64,000 nucleotides of DNA from contig JADGBM010000001.1 in the NCBI GenBank assembly GCA_015231515.1, positions 23,544-87,543 of the forward strand, read 5' to 3'. Source of the stretch: Desulfobulbaceae bacterium. GTDB taxonomy: Bacteria; Desulfobacterota; Desulfobulbia; Desulfobulbales; VMSU01. Positions 49,000 to 59,592 of the stretch are shown piece after piece; the stretch's first letter is position 1, and the number at the start of each line of letters is the position of its first letter. The notes beneath the pieces are model-generated. The model did no database searches. It saw nothing but the letters and a program-made list of their open reading frames with translations, and had not been told where the DNA came from. The position numbers and the translations under genes are program-made.

Positions 49000-49179
49000 G
49001 GCTGTGTGCTGTCATGGTTATTGAGTTCGGTTGAGACAAGTTACAATAGCATGTTTTTAATAGAGATCTCTTGGACATAGAGACGTGAATCACTAGTTAT
49101 AGAATTCGAGCTGTCTCATTTTTAAGACAACTTTACAATCATCTTCTTTCACAGATTAAATTTTTATATTGGAACCACA

Positions 49180-49995
49180 ATGACACTCTTATCAAATTTT
49201 ACTTTTTGTCTGTTCTGCACACTTATCATAACCGGCTGTGGAACAAAGAACCTCGAAGATGCGGTTGAAGATGGGGCTCAGAAACTCAATGGAATTGCAA
49301 TTCAGAATATAATCAGCGGAAGCAAGGTAACTGCCTCAGGTTACGGGCAAAAGGCAGAAATACTTTTTCACGAAAACCACAAACTTTCTGCTACGAACAC
49401 CAGTAAAGACACCGACACCGGAAACTGGAAAATCGATGATGATCAACTTTGCATGCGTTTTTACCAGTGGGGGGAAAAACAGACACTGTGCTATTTGGTT
49501 TATGAGAGTAATAACGATTTTTTACTCTTTAATAACAAAGGAATGCAGTTATACAGTTTTACCCTATTGGAAAAGGGCTCGACAAATTTTGAGGAGGGAA
49601 TAAGTCATACCTCTTCTAAAACAAATGCAAACAACTCCGCAGATGAAGCAATAAAGGATGCACATCAACCTGAAAAGATTACCATTACCCCAAAAACAAC
49701 CGAAGACGTTCAGTTTATTGTTCGACAGACTGCACAGAATTGCCCTGGATGCAACTTGGCCAAAGCAAGGCTGGCCGGTCAGGTCCTAATCGGAGCAAAT
49801 CTTGAGGGCGCAAATCTCGCCGAGGCTGATCTAAGCAATACTGTTTTAAGACGGGCTAATCTCAGAGGGGCCAACCTGTACAAGACAAACTTGCAAGATG
49901 CTAACCTGATGGGTGCTGATCTTACCGGTGCAAACCTCACGGAAGCAGTCTTAACCGGTGCCCTCACACAAGGGGCAATCGGCTACACTCAGTGA
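49180..49995 (+). CDS. Lipoprotein with C-terminal pentapeptide repeats
   Basis: Lipobox IITGC. C-terminal A(N/D)LxG repeats ([49 protein letters not shown]). Confidence 0.7.
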   Translation: MTLLSNFTFCLFCTLIITGCGTKNLEDAVEDGAQKLNGIAIQNIISGSKVTASGYGQKAEILFHENHKLSATNTSKDTDTGNWKIDDDQLCMRFYQWGEKQTLCYLVYESNNDFLLFNNKGMQLYSFTLLEKGSTNFEEGISHTSSKTNANNSADEAIKDAHQPEKITITPKTTEDVQFIVRQTAQNCPGCNLAKARLAGQVLIGANLEGANLAEADLSNTVLRRANLRGANLYKTNLQDANLMGADLTGANLTEAVLTGALTQGAIGYTQ

Positions 49996-50176
49996 CCACA
50001 TTTGTGCACTGGTAATAGTTGCGCAATCAATTAAGCATGCTCTTGATCTGCCACCAGGCAGTGTAACTCCCCCATTATTCAGTAGTTCTATACTATTTCC
50101 GTCATTCCCTAAATATCTCCCCTCCCAAGCCCAACCTCTCCCTTTTTTAAGCACAATCAGATTAGTTAATTTTTCT

Positions 50177-50191
50177 TGGCACGTCATTTGC
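50177..50191 (+). promoter_or_regulatory. Sigma-54 (-24/-12) promoter
   Basis: TGGCAC-gtcat-TTGC is an exact match to the TGGCAC-N5-TTGC consensus. It lies 85 nt upstream of the ATG at 50276, in a 280-bp intergenic region. Confidence 0.65.
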
Positions 50192-50275
50192 TTATGCATT
50201 GAAAAACGAATGGCGGTTCATTCAATATTTTGTTATGAAAAATTAAATTATAATAAGAAAAACATTATTTAGTCT

Positions 50276-52111
50276 ATGAAAGCACCTGAACTCGAAAAAC
50301 ACCCTCACATATACCAATCCACATCTTTTCTAAAATCTTTATTACTGTTATTTTCTGTAATCCTCACCTCCTGCAACGGTGGAGGCGGTGGAGGCGGCGA
50401 CGGATCATCAATCAGTTCAGCAACGGGCAATATAGCAGGTGTTGCCGGAGTTGCTTTGGGTGGGAATGTCAGTGATGGACCGATCACTGGCGGCGCAATC
50501 AGTATTTATGACGTTTATGACCAGTTCTGCAACTCTAGCGATACCAATGATGACGCAACGTACTCTCTCACTATTGAAAATACCTGCAAGCCTCCATATA
50601 AAATTGAATTAACTGGTGGGGTTGACCTGATAACCGATCTCAGCAATGCTACCACTATGTACTCCCTCTCCCTCTCTAGTGGTCAGATTAATGCCTCCCC
50701 GTTGACCACTATCATCTATCATGCCGCTTTAGCCAGAAGCGGTGCAGACCTCGCTATGGTGAGAAGCGAAGATATTGAACTGATTACAGGATGGGTGATC
50801 AGTAAATTTAATTTTGGTATAGATGCCGCTAATCCTGAGTCAGGAGGGTTCAATCCACTAACAACCAGCATTGACGATACCAACTCAATTATTTTTGTTA
50901 AGGCCAATGAGGGGTTAATAGAAACTACTAGAAGAGTAACTCTGCTTATGTGGAATGGTGAGGTGACTGACCAGACCATAGGAGCTGTCCTGGCATCGTT
51001 AGGAGAGGACATCTCAGATGGACAACTAGATGGCAGAAATTTTAATGGAACGACATCTGCTGAGATGTCTCGAATAGCTACGTTGTGGGAGCTGACCACC
51101 GCCACTGTATCAATGGAAATGATGTTGAATCAGATGAGCGTAACCCTTACCGATAATCAAATTATCGAACGACAGGAGTTAGGACTCCAGTATCTGGAGA
51201 TGTTGGATTATGATTTTGTTAATGCCCGTTTCGCAATAGCTATAAGCGCAATCTCAAACCATACAGTTGATACAGCAGCATCTGGCTTACTGAACATCCA
51301 ACCAACCAGACAGTTTATCAACCAGGCAAAAGCGGCGGCAATGGCAGCCTTAGTACTTGCCTACCAGGCAAATGTGGATTTATCATACTACGTAAGCTTT
51401 ATTAATGCCCTTAACTCCATGAAAGCAGCTCTTGAGGCAAATGGCAACACAACTACACCGGTAACGGGACTTGATGCGCCAAACTTGCTTTCTAATATGT
51501 CAGACGTTGCAGCTTCTATCACTCCCCCTGTTGATAGCAATATTGAGGTATATAACGAGGCTCTATTTGAGTCCGCTACAACAATGACTGTATCAACACC
51601 AATTGTAGAGAATCGACGCCAAGTCCTGGTGAAGTGGTCATACCCAACATCTAGTACCAGCCATGATGGCTTTAAAATTTTCCAAGAGGGTGTAGTCGAG
51701 CCGCTGTGCATCATCAACAATCCTGAAGTTCGAAGTTCAGAGGGGTTTGACTGTTTTATCTCTAATGCAAACCCTGGTGAAGAAATAACCATTTATATGT
51801 CAGCTTACAGCAACACTCTCAATGCTGAAAGCAAACGATACTCAAACACAATGCCCCTTGCACATTTCAGTACACAATATGCGGTCACGGCAACCTGCCC
51901 GCTTGATGTCCAATTTGAAGCGAATGAGGGGGCACTAAGAGAATATACGTGGTCTTTTGGTGATGGCGTAAATTACGACGGCTTTAATACTGTTGACCAT
52001 ATATATGATGCGGCCGGCACCTACTCCATTAATCTGTCGGTTACCGATACCGATATCGAAGGCATATTCAGTATCAGCAACCAAGCCAGCATTGATGTTA
52101 CATGCTGGTAG
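50276..52111 (+). CDS. Lipoprotein with Gly-run linker and C-terminal PKD domain
   Basis: Lipobox LTSC followed by GGGGGGGDG. The C-terminal 80 aa or so (V.F.A......YTWSFGDG......HIYDAAGTYSINLSVTD) match the PKD signature. Confidence 0.7.
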   Translation: MKAPELEKHPHIYQSTSFLKSLLLLFSVILTSCNGGGGGGGDGSSISSATGNIAGVAGVALGGNVSDGPITGGAISIYDVYDQFCNSSDTNDDATYSLTIENTCKPPYKIELTGGVDLITDLSNATTMYSLSLSSGQINASPLTTIIYHAALARSGADLAMVRSEDIELITGWVISKFNFGIDAANPESGGFNPLTTSIDDTNSIIFVKANEGLIETTRRVTLLMWNGEVTDQTIGAVLASLGEDISDGQLDGRNFNGTTSAEMSRIATLWELTTATVSMEMMLNQMSVTLTDNQIIERQELGLQYLEMLDYDFVNARFAIAISAISNHTVDTAASGLLNIQPTRQFINQAKAAAMAALVLAYQANVDLSYYVSFINALNSMKAALEANGNTTTPVTGLDAPNLLSNMSDVAASITPPVDSNIEVYNEALFESATTMTVSTPIVENRRQVLVKWSYPTSSTSHDGFKIFQEGVVEPLCIINNPEVRSSEGFDCFISNANPGEEITIYMSAYSNTLNAESKRYSNTMPLAHFSTQYAVTATCPLDVQFEANEGALREYTWSFGDGVNYDGFNTVDHIYDAAGTYSINLSVTDTDIEGIFSISNQASIDVTCW

Positions 52112-52149
52112 AATAAAACAAACACTTTTAGTAAATACAGCCCAGTAAT

Positions 52150-54528
52150 CTACTCAACAAACACCTTACTCAGGGCATCACTGATTTCCTGGACAAAGTG
52201 AAACTTCACGCCCTTTTTGGCGTTTTTGGGAATCTCCAGCACATCTTTTTCGTTTCTGGCCGGTAAAATCAGTACTTTAATATCAGCCCGAACAGCGGCT
52301 AATACCTTTTCTTTTATTCCTCCTACCGGCAGCACATCACCACGTAAGGTTATTTCACCTGTCATGGCCACATCCTTTCTGACAGTCTTTCCTGTCAGTA
52401 ACGACGTTAAGGCCACTACCATTGCAACACCTGCCGATGGCCCATCCTTGGGCGTCCCACCCTCAGGTACATGAACATGAATATCAGATGTTGAAAAAAT
52501 CTCATCATCAACAGATAGTGCCTCAGAGTGCGAGCGGATATAGGTCAATGCCGCTGTTGCTGACTCCTTCATTACATCCCCGAGCTTGCCGGTCAGCGTT
52601 AACCCACCCTTCCCTTTCATTTTAGCGGCTTCGATAAATAACAGAACTCCACCTACTGGCGTCCAAGCTAAACCGGTTGCCAATCCCGGCCCCCAGTTTC
52701 GAGCGGCACTTTCAGGGGAATATTCAATGGGGCCAAGTAAACGTTCAACTGCTCTTTCGGTAATGACTTTTCGGTTCGTATCACCACCAACAATTTCCTT
52801 TGCCACACCACGACAGATTGCTCCGATTCGACGTTCAAGGTTACGAACACCAGCCTCACGGGTATAGGAACGAATCAGTTCTCGCAGCGCCTTATCTTGA
52901 AAAATTATATTATCAGATGTCAAGGCATGGGCACTCAACTGTTTTTCAATAAGATGACGTTTGGCGATCTGTACTTTTTCATCCTCGGTGTAGCTTGTCA
53001 GTTCGATAACTTCCATCCTGTCTCGTAACGGGCCAGGAATATTTTCAATATAGTTTGCGGTGGTAATAAACATAACTTTCGAGAGATCAAAAGAGATATC
53101 AAGATAGTGATCTGCAAAGGTATAATTCTGTTCTGGATCAAGAACTTCCAGCAGTGCCGAGGATGGGTCGCCACGGAAATCGGCACCGAGTTTATCAATT
53201 TCATCCAGCATAAAAAGTGGGTTATTGGAGCCTGCTTTTTTTAAACTCTGAATAATCCTTCCAGGCAATGATCCGATATAGGTTCGCCGATGACCTCGAA
53301 TCTCCGCTTCATCACGAACCCCACCCAAAGAGATCCTGACAAACTTCTTCTTCATTGTTCGAGCAATAGATTGCCCTAGCGAGGTTTTTCCAACACCCGG
53401 AGGACCTACAAAACAGAGAATCGGACCATGAAGATCATTTTTAAGTTTAAGTACCGCAAGAAATTCAAGGATCCTATTTTTAATTTTTTCAAGACCATAA
53501 TGATCGTCATCTAGAATTTGTCGCGCCTTAACCATATCAAGACTGTCTTTCGTAGATTTCATCCAGGGCAGATCTAAAATCCACTCTATATACGTCCTCG
53601 ACACTGTATACTCAGGTGACGATGACGGAATACGTGCCAGACGTGCAAGCTCTTTTGCGGCGGTTTCTCGGGCTTCCTTAGTTAATTGTGCGTTTTTAAA
53701 GCGCAGTTGCAAGTCATCAACTTCAACATTGGTATCATCTTCACCAAGTTCTTTACGAATAGCCTTGAGTTGCTGACGGAGAAAAAACTCGCGCTGCTTT
53801 TTGGTAACGTCTTCCTTAATGTTTTTCTGAATTTCCTGACTAACCTCCAGGGTTTCCAGTTTTTTATTCAACTCACGAGTAACTTTATCAAGTAGTTTTT
53901 CAATATCCTCGATTTCAAGAAGCGCCTGTTCGTCCTTTAGCGAAAGACCCAACTGCGAGCCGACTAGATATCCAGCGTGAAATGGATTATCAAGCGACAT
54001 GATGGTCATCACCAACTCTTCAGGCAGTTGGGATAGCTCTGCTAAACGCTTAAACTGGGTTTGCAGGTTAAGAATCAGGGCCTCGACTCCCTGACTTTTA
54101 ACCGGCACCATCTCAATTGTTTCTATGGTAGCTTTATGATACGGCTCATATTGTGAATATTCCAAAACTCGAATTTTTTTAACGGCACTGACCAGTACTT
54201 GATAGGTGTCATCTTTTCCCTTTACAAGTTTATGAATATAGCCAAGCGTACCCACATCAAAGAGGTGCTTTGCCAGCACAGGTCGCTTTTGTTTACCTTT
54301 AAGCGGACGATGAACAACCATTCCAATTAAACGATCTTTTTCAAAGGCCTCATCGACAAGCTGTTTTGAACCAGGATGGGTAATTTGAAGAGGGAACCCC
54401 ATCCCTGGAAAAAAGACAAAGCCCTGCAGGGGCAGAACGGCAATAAATCTGGGAACAGGCAAATCTTCAGGATCAACTCCAACGTGTCGATTCTGATTGA
54501 TATTTTTATCATCTATTTTGGCCGGCAT
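52150..54528 (-). CDS. lon: ATP-dependent Lon protease
   Basis: 792 aa. LON N-domain, Walker A GPPGVGKTS, Walker B LFMLDEIDK. Protease-domain catalytic Ser context PKDGPSAGVAM. Confidence 0.95.
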   Translation of the reverse strand: MPAKIDDKNINQNRHVGVDPEDLPVPRFIAVLPLQGFVFFPGMGFPLQITHPGSKQLVDEAFEKDRLIGMVVHRPLKGKQKRPVLAKHLFDVGTLGYIHKLVKGKDDTYQVLVSAVKKIRVLEYSQYEPYHKATIETIEMVPVKSQGVEALILNLQTQFKRLAELSQLPEELVMTIMSLDNPFHAGYLVGSQLGLSLKDEQALLEIEDIEKLLDKVTRELNKKLETLEVSQEIQKNIKEDVTKKQREFFLRQQLKAIRKELGEDDTNVEVDDLQLRFKNAQLTKEARETAAKELARLARIPSSSPEYTVSRTYIEWILDLPWMKSTKDSLDMVKARQILDDDHYGLEKIKNRILEFLAVLKLKNDLHGPILCFVGPPGVGKTSLGQSIARTMKKKFVRISLGGVRDEAEIRGHRRTYIGSLPGRIIQSLKKAGSNNPLFMLDEIDKLGADFRGDPSSALLEVLDPEQNYTFADHYLDISFDLSKVMFITTANYIENIPGPLRDRMEVIELTSYTEDEKVQIAKRHLIEKQLSAHALTSDNIIFQDKALRELIRSYTREAGVRNLERRIGAICRGVAKEIVGGDTNRKVITERAVERLLGPIEYSPESAARNWGPGLATGLAWTPVGGVLLFIEAAKMKGKGGLTLTGKLGDVMKESATAALTYIRSHSEALSVDDEIFSTSDIHVHVPEGGTPKDGPSAGVAMVVALTSLLTGKTVRKDVAMTGEITLRGDVLPVGGIKEKVLAAVRADIKVLILPARNEKDVLEIPKNAKKGVKFHFVQEISDALSKVFVE

Positions 54529-54804
54529 AGTAATTCCTTAATTATATAATTCGCAGTTTAAAACTTCTTATACCCCATAATAGTCATATGTGTGGTTAAA
54601 ATGCCATACTATATTTTAATTTCTTCATCAAATTAGGTAGTTCTACTCGAATAGTGCTTTAAATTTTCAAACTGTTCTGTTAGACATTATTGGCGTTTTT
54701 AATGTTTAATACTGCGAATCTCTTTTTGCACAGGGTATTATCATAAAAATTGCACTCGGCACTACCTGTTTTAGCGGCACGATAACAAAAAAATGAGGGA
54801 CAAT

Positions 54805-56154
54805 ATGACTGTAAAGAAAATCTTTTTGCCTGAAAATGAAATGCCAACCCAATGGTACAATGTAGGCCCAGATATCCCCAATGGCCTCAAGCCTCCGCTG
54901 GACCCCGCCACTAACGAACCAATGGGGCCTGACAAATTGTCAGCAATTTTCCCCATGAATATTCTTGAGCAGGAGATGAGTGAAGAAAGCTGGATAGATA
55001 TTCCTCAGCCGATACTTGATGTTTATAAAATATGGCGACCATCTCCTTTAATCCGTGCTGACAATCTGGAGCGTGCTATTGGAACCAAGGCAAAAATTTA
55101 TTTTAAGAATGAAGGCGTATCTCCAGCTGGTAGTCATAAGCCTAATAGTGCAGTCGCGCAAGCCTACTACAATAAAGAGGCAGGAATTAAACGAATAGCG
55201 ACAGAGACAGGCGCAGGTCAATGGGGCAGCGCCTTGTCTTTTGCTACTCACAAGTTCGGCCTTGAATGTAAAGTATATATGGTTCGAATCTCCTATGACC
55301 AAAAACCGTATCGAAAGAGCATGATGAACACCTATGGTGCCGAAATCGTTGCCAGCCCCAGCCAGGACACCGAATTTGGCCGAATGATGCTTGCTAAAGA
55401 TCCTAACTCAAATGGTTCTCTTGGCATTGCAATCAGTGAAGCGGTCATTGATGCCGCCTCACGTGAAGATACCAACTATGCCCTCGGTTCCGTATTAAAT
55501 CATGTGCTTTTGCATCAGTCCATTATCGGTCTTGAGGCCAAGAAACAGCTGGCAATGATTGGGGCTACCCCTGATGTTATTATCGGATGTTGTGGCGGCG
55601 GTTCTAACTTTGCCGGTATAGCCAGTCCATTTTTACGTGATAAGCTTGACGGTAAAAAGATCCGACTCGTCGGTGTAGAACCAGCTTCATGCCCAACTCT
55701 GACCAAAGGGAAACTCGCCTACGATTTTGGTGATGTTGCCAAGACAACGCCACTGTTATACATGCACACCCTTGGACATGATTTTATGCCGGCTGGTATC
55801 CATGCCGGTGGCCTCCGTTATCATGGAATGGCCCCAATAGTCAGTGCCATGGTCAGAGAAAATCTGGTTGAAACAATGAGTGTACATCAGCTTGAATGCT
55901 TTGAAGCTGGTCGTCTTTTTGCCGAAACTGAAGGGATTATTCCTGCTCCTGAAACGTGCCACGCTATTCGGGCAGCGATCATTGAGGCAACAAAGGATAA
56001 AAATGAGCCCAAAACTATCCTGTTTAACTTCTCCGGTCATGGTATGCTGGATCTTGCAAGTTATGATAAGTTCTACGCCGGTGCCTTACACAATTATGAG
56101 TACCCAGAGGGTGCGATAGCAGACGCCTTAGCCTGTCTGCCAATAGTTGATTAA
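54805..56154 (+). CDS. TrpB2-type tryptophan synthase beta-like PLP enzyme
   Basis: N-terminal [12 protein letters not shown]-Lys context GSHKPNSA, and the GGGSNFAG loop are typical of the TrpB2 clade. The ATG at 54805 follows GAGGGA; the track start at 54793 is the alternative. Confidence 0.85.
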   Translation: MTVKKIFLPENEMPTQWYNVGPDIPNGLKPPLDPATNEPMGPDKLSAIFPMNILEQEMSEESWIDIPQPILDVYKIWRPSPLIRADNLERAIGTKAKIYFKNEGVSPAGSHKPNSAVAQAYYNKEAGIKRIATETGAGQWGSALSFATHKFGLECKVYMVRISYDQKPYRKSMMNTYGAEIVASPSQDTEFGRMMLAKDPNSNGSLGIAISEAVIDAASREDTNYALGSVLNHVLLHQSIIGLEAKKQLAMIGATPDVIIGCCGGGSNFAGIASPFLRDKLDGKKIRLVGVEPASCPTLTKGKLAYDFGDVAKTTPLLYMHTLGHDFMPAGIHAGGLRYHGMAPIVSAMVRENLVETMSVHQLECFEAGRLFAETEGIIPAPETCHAIRAAIIEATKDKNEPKTILFNFSGHGMLDLASYDKFYAGALHNYEYPEGAIADALACLPIVD

Positions 56155-57478
56155 ACATAGCTCTCTTATAAATGCCTTCAGAGATCCGGCAAGCTCAGTT
56201 CTTTACTGGGTTTGCCGGACTTTCCACACCCCAGTGTTAGTTTCTCACGTTCGATTTTTCTTACTAATCACGGTTTTTTTCTGCCTGCATCTGTGGGCAG
56301 AACAAGGCTTTGGTGCTGAGGGGAATCCACCTGCGCCTGCAACCATTGATACCCATCAAGTCAGTCCCTTCCACAAAGCTGTTGCCACCTTAATTGACAA
56401 TGGTGGTTTCATCTTTACTACCACCGGCAACAAATTGGTTGAACATAATCGTTATACCCTGTTCACACCAGCGTCTATCCTCAAGATTGCAACAGCCTCT
56501 GCCGCCGTTGCTGTCCTTGGGCCTCAATATCGTTTCAGGACAGCTTTTTATCAAGACCAGAACAATGATCTGTTCATCAAGGGCTATGGTGATCCTTTTT
56601 TAACATCTGAAGAGATCGCAGCCATCTGGAATACTCTTACCAAACTGGGCATCCGCCCTTTTAAGCGGCTGTATATTGACAACTCCTACTTTAACCTTGA
56701 GTCGTCAACAACCGATGGAGCCAAGGGCTCCAAAAATCCATATGATGCGCTTAACGCATCTCTTTCTGTAAATTTTAACGCTTTACCAATTAAAGTCACA
56801 AATGATGGTGTTGTCTCCCTTGAACCGCAAACGCCGTTCATCCCCTTAATGTCTGAATACGCAGTTGGTCTATCTCAAGGAAAACACAGAATAGCTATAT
56901 CGAAAAACAAGCAGGATATAGCAGCCTACGTTGGGCAACTCTTTGTTCATTTAGCTCCTTTTAACAGTCCTGAACCAATACGTATCGAAGAAAAAACCGT
57001 ACCGCCTGGATTTACAGCCATTTACGAACATCAATCGACAAAATCATTAGCTGAAATTATCAGTTCCTTACTGCTTTACTCCAATAATTTTATTGCAAAC
57101 CAGCTTTTTTTATCCTGTGGAGCCGTACAATATGGCCCACCTGCCACATGGAAAAAAGGACGGGATACTTTAGAACTGTTTCTCTCTGAAAATATCGGAA
57201 TCGTAAAAGATCAATTTGTTATTGAAGAAGGATCAGGGTTATCTCGCAAAAACAAGCTGACTCCGGAGGCGATGCTTCGAATTCTTGAGAATTTCAAACC
57301 ATATTCGAACCTGCTGCCACGAGAAAACTCCTTATCGATAAAATCAGGAACACTTAAGGGCGTTTACTCCTACGCTGGTTACGTTAATAACGATTCAGCC
57401 CCGGCACCTTTTGTGATCATGTTGAATCAGAAGAGAAACACACGCGACGCCATTATCAGAAAATTAACCATAAAATAA
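56147..57478 (+). CDS. dacB: D-alanyl-D-alanine carboxypeptidase/endopeptidase (PBP4, peptidase S13)
   Basis: SxxK (ASILK), SxN (YSNN) and K(T/S)G (KSGTLKG) motifs at S13 spacing. Hydrophobic N-terminal leader. The start codon is uncertain. Confidence 0.8.
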   Translation: MIKHSSLINAFRDPASSVLYWVCRTFHTPVLVSHVRFFLLITVFFCLHLWAEQGFGAEGNPPAPATIDTHQVSPFHKAVATLIDNGGFIFTTTGNKLVEHNRYTLFTPASILKIATASAAVAVLGPQYRFRTAFYQDQNNDLFIKGYGDPFLTSEEIAAIWNTLTKLGIRPFKRLYIDNSYFNLESSTTDGAKGSKNPYDALNASLSVNFNALPIKVTNDGVVSLEPQTPFIPLMSEYAVGLSQGKHRIAISKNKQDIAAYVGQLFVHLAPFNSPEPIRIEEKTVPPGFTAIYEHQSTKSLAEIISSLLLYSNNFIANQLFLSCGAVQYGPPATWKKGRDTLELFLSENIGIVKDQFVIEEGSGLSRKNKLTPEAMLRILENFKPYSNLLPRENSLSIKSGTLKGVYSYAGYVNNDSAPAPFVIMLNQKRNTRDAIIRKLTIK

Positions 57479-57523
57479 TGATTCATACCGTTACAGGGTC
57501 AAATTTTATGGTTGAATTTTATT

Positions 57524-57538
57524 TAGTAATAATTACTA
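57524..57538. promoter_or_regulatory. Candidate Fur-family (PerR/Fur-type) 7-1-7 operator
   Basis: Perfect inverted repeat TAGTAAT-a-ATTACTA, 45 nt upstream of the rubrerythrin start. Compare the 7-1-7 Fur-family consensus TGATAAT-n-ATTATCA. Confidence 0.45.
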
Positions 57539-57582
57539 TAGGTTTTCAGAAATGCAACAACCTATAATAAAGGAGAGAAAAG

Positions 57583-58077
57583 ATGAGTAAAACTATTGAT
57601 AATCTATGGACTGCCTTTGCAGGAGAATCGCAAGCGAACCGAAAGTACCTTGCCTTTGCCGCCCAAGCCGACAAAGAGGGACACCCGCAAGCAGCAAAGC
57701 TGTTTCGTGCTGCTGCTGCTGCAGAAACAATTCATGCCCATTCACACCTAAAGGCGCTGGGAGTGGTAGGGACAACCCTTGACAATCTCAAAGCCGCGGC
57801 AGCTGGTGAAACTGAAGAGTTTGAGGATATGTATCCGGCTATGATTGTCACAGCAGAAGAAGAAGGCAATAAAGCGGCCCGACAATCATTTACCTTTGCT
57901 AACGAAGTTGAAAAAACTCATGCAGCACTTTACCAGAAGGCAATTGACGGTATCGATTCGATGACTGAATGCGATTACTATATCTGTAAAGTGTGCGGAC
58001 ATACCCACGAGCACAACGCACCAGAAAAATGCCCTGTATGCGGCGCCAATGCCCGTGCTTTTTTTAAGGCAGAATAA
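57583..58077 (+). CDS. rbr: Rubrerythrin
   Basis: Di-iron ferritin-like N-domain (ESQANRKY, ExxH motifs). C-terminal rubredoxin-like CKVCGH..CPVCG. AAGGAGAG ribosome-binding site. Confidence 0.9.
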   Translation: MSKTIDNLWTAFAGESQANRKYLAFAAQADKEGHPQAAKLFRAAAAAETIHAHSHLKALGVVGTTLDNLKAAAAGETEEFEDMYPAMIVTAEEEGNKAARQSFTFANEVEKTHAALYQKAIDGIDSMTECDYYICKVCGHTHEHNAPEKCPVCGANARAFFKAE

Positions 58078-58096
58078 CAGTTACCCTTCAAATTTG

Positions 58097-58137
58097 AAAA
58101 AAGTCCAGGTTGACAGAGATCTCAACCTGGACTTTTC
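58097..58137. terminator. Bidirectional rho-independent terminator between convergent rbr and cbiK
   Basis: Perfect 12-bp stem AGTCCAGGTTGA (58102-113) pairing with TCAACCTGGACT (58122-133), flanked by an A-run on the 5' side and a T-run on the 3' side. Confidence 0.8.
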
Positions 58138-58140
58138 AGG

Positions 58141-59202
58141 TTACCGTTCCAAGGCCTCAAGGTTTTTAATAATTTGCCGGATGAACATCCTGTTAATTCC
58201 AGGATAAAACCCTAAGCCCTTAAAAAACGGCTCTCCCTTAAACTCTTTCATAACAGAATCAACCTGTACACCGCCCGCCTCAAGCTCCATCGACCAGGAG
58301 GCCTCACCCTCAACAACTTCTGTAGCCATGATATCGTTCATTATATGATCTCCGGCGACATACATAAAGGGTATCAACCTGACCATCTTCGGGTTACATT
58401 GTTTAGCCTGACCAATGGCCTGATTACGAGTCAAAACCCCATCGACACCACCAATATAGACATTTTGATAGGCAGATGACAGATACCGATCAAGCCCGAG
58501 GTAGGTAGAAGTTGAACCAGAAAATGTCTCTGGTGTTCCGTGTACAACGAGTATATTGCAACCTTCTTTACTGGAGAGAAACTCTGGCTCAACTTGACTG
58601 ACCGCCTCAAACACAAACGGCCATTCATGAAGCAGTGTTCCTCCAATAGTAATGTGAAGCCCAAGAAGTTCAAATGCCTCTGCTGCTTTTTCAACCTCTT
58701 CAAACTCTTGACCGGGAAAGATATGTAAAGACTGAACAACTATCTCCCGGTAGCCCTCATCGTCCAAGTCGGCAAGGGTCTGCGCCAAACTTATATAACG
58801 TCTATCCAGACCAGCCTCTTTAAATTTCTTATTTGCTCGCTCCCGCACAATTTCCGATGTAAAAGCCCAGCGAATTTCGTGATTTTTGTACTTTTCTGGG
58901 AGTTCATGCCTGAGTTGCTCCTCAAAAAAATCATAAGTAACTCGGGCCTTGGTCGTTGTACCAAATGCAGCTATAACGATGGCCGGATCACCCTTAATAG
59001 TTCGGCTCATCGCCTTTACATCCTGACCAAAGCCGCACCAGAGAATAGCAGTGACCACAATTATACAGCTCTTTATCAAGATAGTCATAGTAGGCCTGAC
59101 AACCTTTTCCCTAAATGCTTTACGTAAAATTGATTGATAAACATCCCAATCATTAGTGTATCGAATAGCTTGTTTCACATAACAAATTTCCTGCTTACTC
59201 AT
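58141..59202 (-). CDS. cbiK: Sirohydrochlorin cobaltochelatase CbiK-type, with N-terminal hydrophobic/signal-like extension
   Basis: CbiK core begins ..AIVIAAFGTT. and includes ..SLHIFPGQEF and ..HGT.. blocks. The ATG at 59202 follows GAGGAG with 6-nt spacing. ATG 59088 is an alternative start giving a classical signal peptide MTILIKSCIIVVTAILWCGFGQDVKA. Confidence 0.75.
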   Translation of the reverse strand: MSKQEICYVKQAIRYTNDWDVYQSILRKAFREKVVRPTMTILIKSCIIVVTAILWCGFGQDVKAMSRTIKGDPAIVIAAFGTTTKARVTYDFFEEQLRHELPEKYKNHEIRWAFTSEIVRERANKKFKEAGLDRRYISLAQTLADLDDEGYREIVVQSLHIFPGQEFEEVEKAAEAFELLGLHITIGGTLLHEWPFVFEAVSQVEPEFLSSKEGCNILVVHGTPETFSGSTSTYLGLDRYLSSAYQNVYIGGVDGVLTRNQAIGQAKQCNPKMVRLIPFMYVAGDHIMNDIMATEVVEGEASWSMELEAGGVQVDSVMKEFKGEPFFKGLGFYPGINRMFIRQIIKNLEALER

Positions 59203-59237
59203 AACAATCTCCTCATCCATGGTTTCAAGCAGGTCTG

Positions 59238-59276
59238 AAAAAAAAATCCCAGACCAATTTTAATAATTGACCTGGG
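59238..59276 (-). terminator. Intrinsic terminator forming the riboswitch expression platform
   Basis: On the minus strand, CCCAGGTC pairs with GGTCTGGG (8 bp, two G-U pairs) and is followed by A plus 9 U. It lies between the aptamer and the cbiK start. Confidence 0.6.
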
Positions 59277-59299
59277 TATCCCAATTTTTCCGCAGAATC

Positions 59300-59495
59300 G
59301 TAATTACAGCCTTATATCCTCGAGGCTGTGTTGTATTTTAGGCAGGTCTTCTGACTTTTCCGCCTTTACGACAGCCTTCCCAACCAGTATCGGTCAGTGG
59401 CAATAATCGGTCGTAAAGTTCCAACAGATACATTCGTTGGACGGAATTACAGCGGCGGGCCCGCTCCTGATTCTCACAGGATTCCCTATTAAGCT
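59300..59495 (-). promoter_or_regulatory. Cobalamin (B12) riboswitch aptamer
   Basis: The minus strand reads ..GGGAATCCTGTGAGAATCAGG..CCCGCCGCTGTAA..TTGCCACTG..GGGAAGGC..AAGTCAGAAGACCTGCC. The last element matches the B12-box consensus AGYCMGGAGACCKGCC. Confidence 0.85.
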
Positions 59496-59592
59496 AAGCA
59501 CCTAAAATTGATATAAATACCAACTAATCGAATTAAGCTTTCTTGCCAACAGAAAAATCAGATACTCGGAGATTTTTATTTTGTTAGTTATT

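Noticed and set aside
49951-50272. Two ORFs of 82 and 104 aa in the intergenic region upstream of the PKD lipoprotein gene.
   Set aside because: They are mutually antisense and lack ribosome-binding sites. The region is better explained as a sigma-54 promoter/UAS region.
54555-54580. CCCCATAA (a sigma-32 -10-like element) in the lon/trpB2 intergenic region.
   Set aside because: It lies on the + strand, which is the wrong strand for lon. The nearest -35-like TTTAAA is only about 10 nt away, so the spacing is wrong.
55281-55290. GGTTCGAATC, a tRNA T-arm-like string.
   Set aside because: It lies inside the TrpB2 coding frame, and the flanks form no acceptor, D or anticodon arms.
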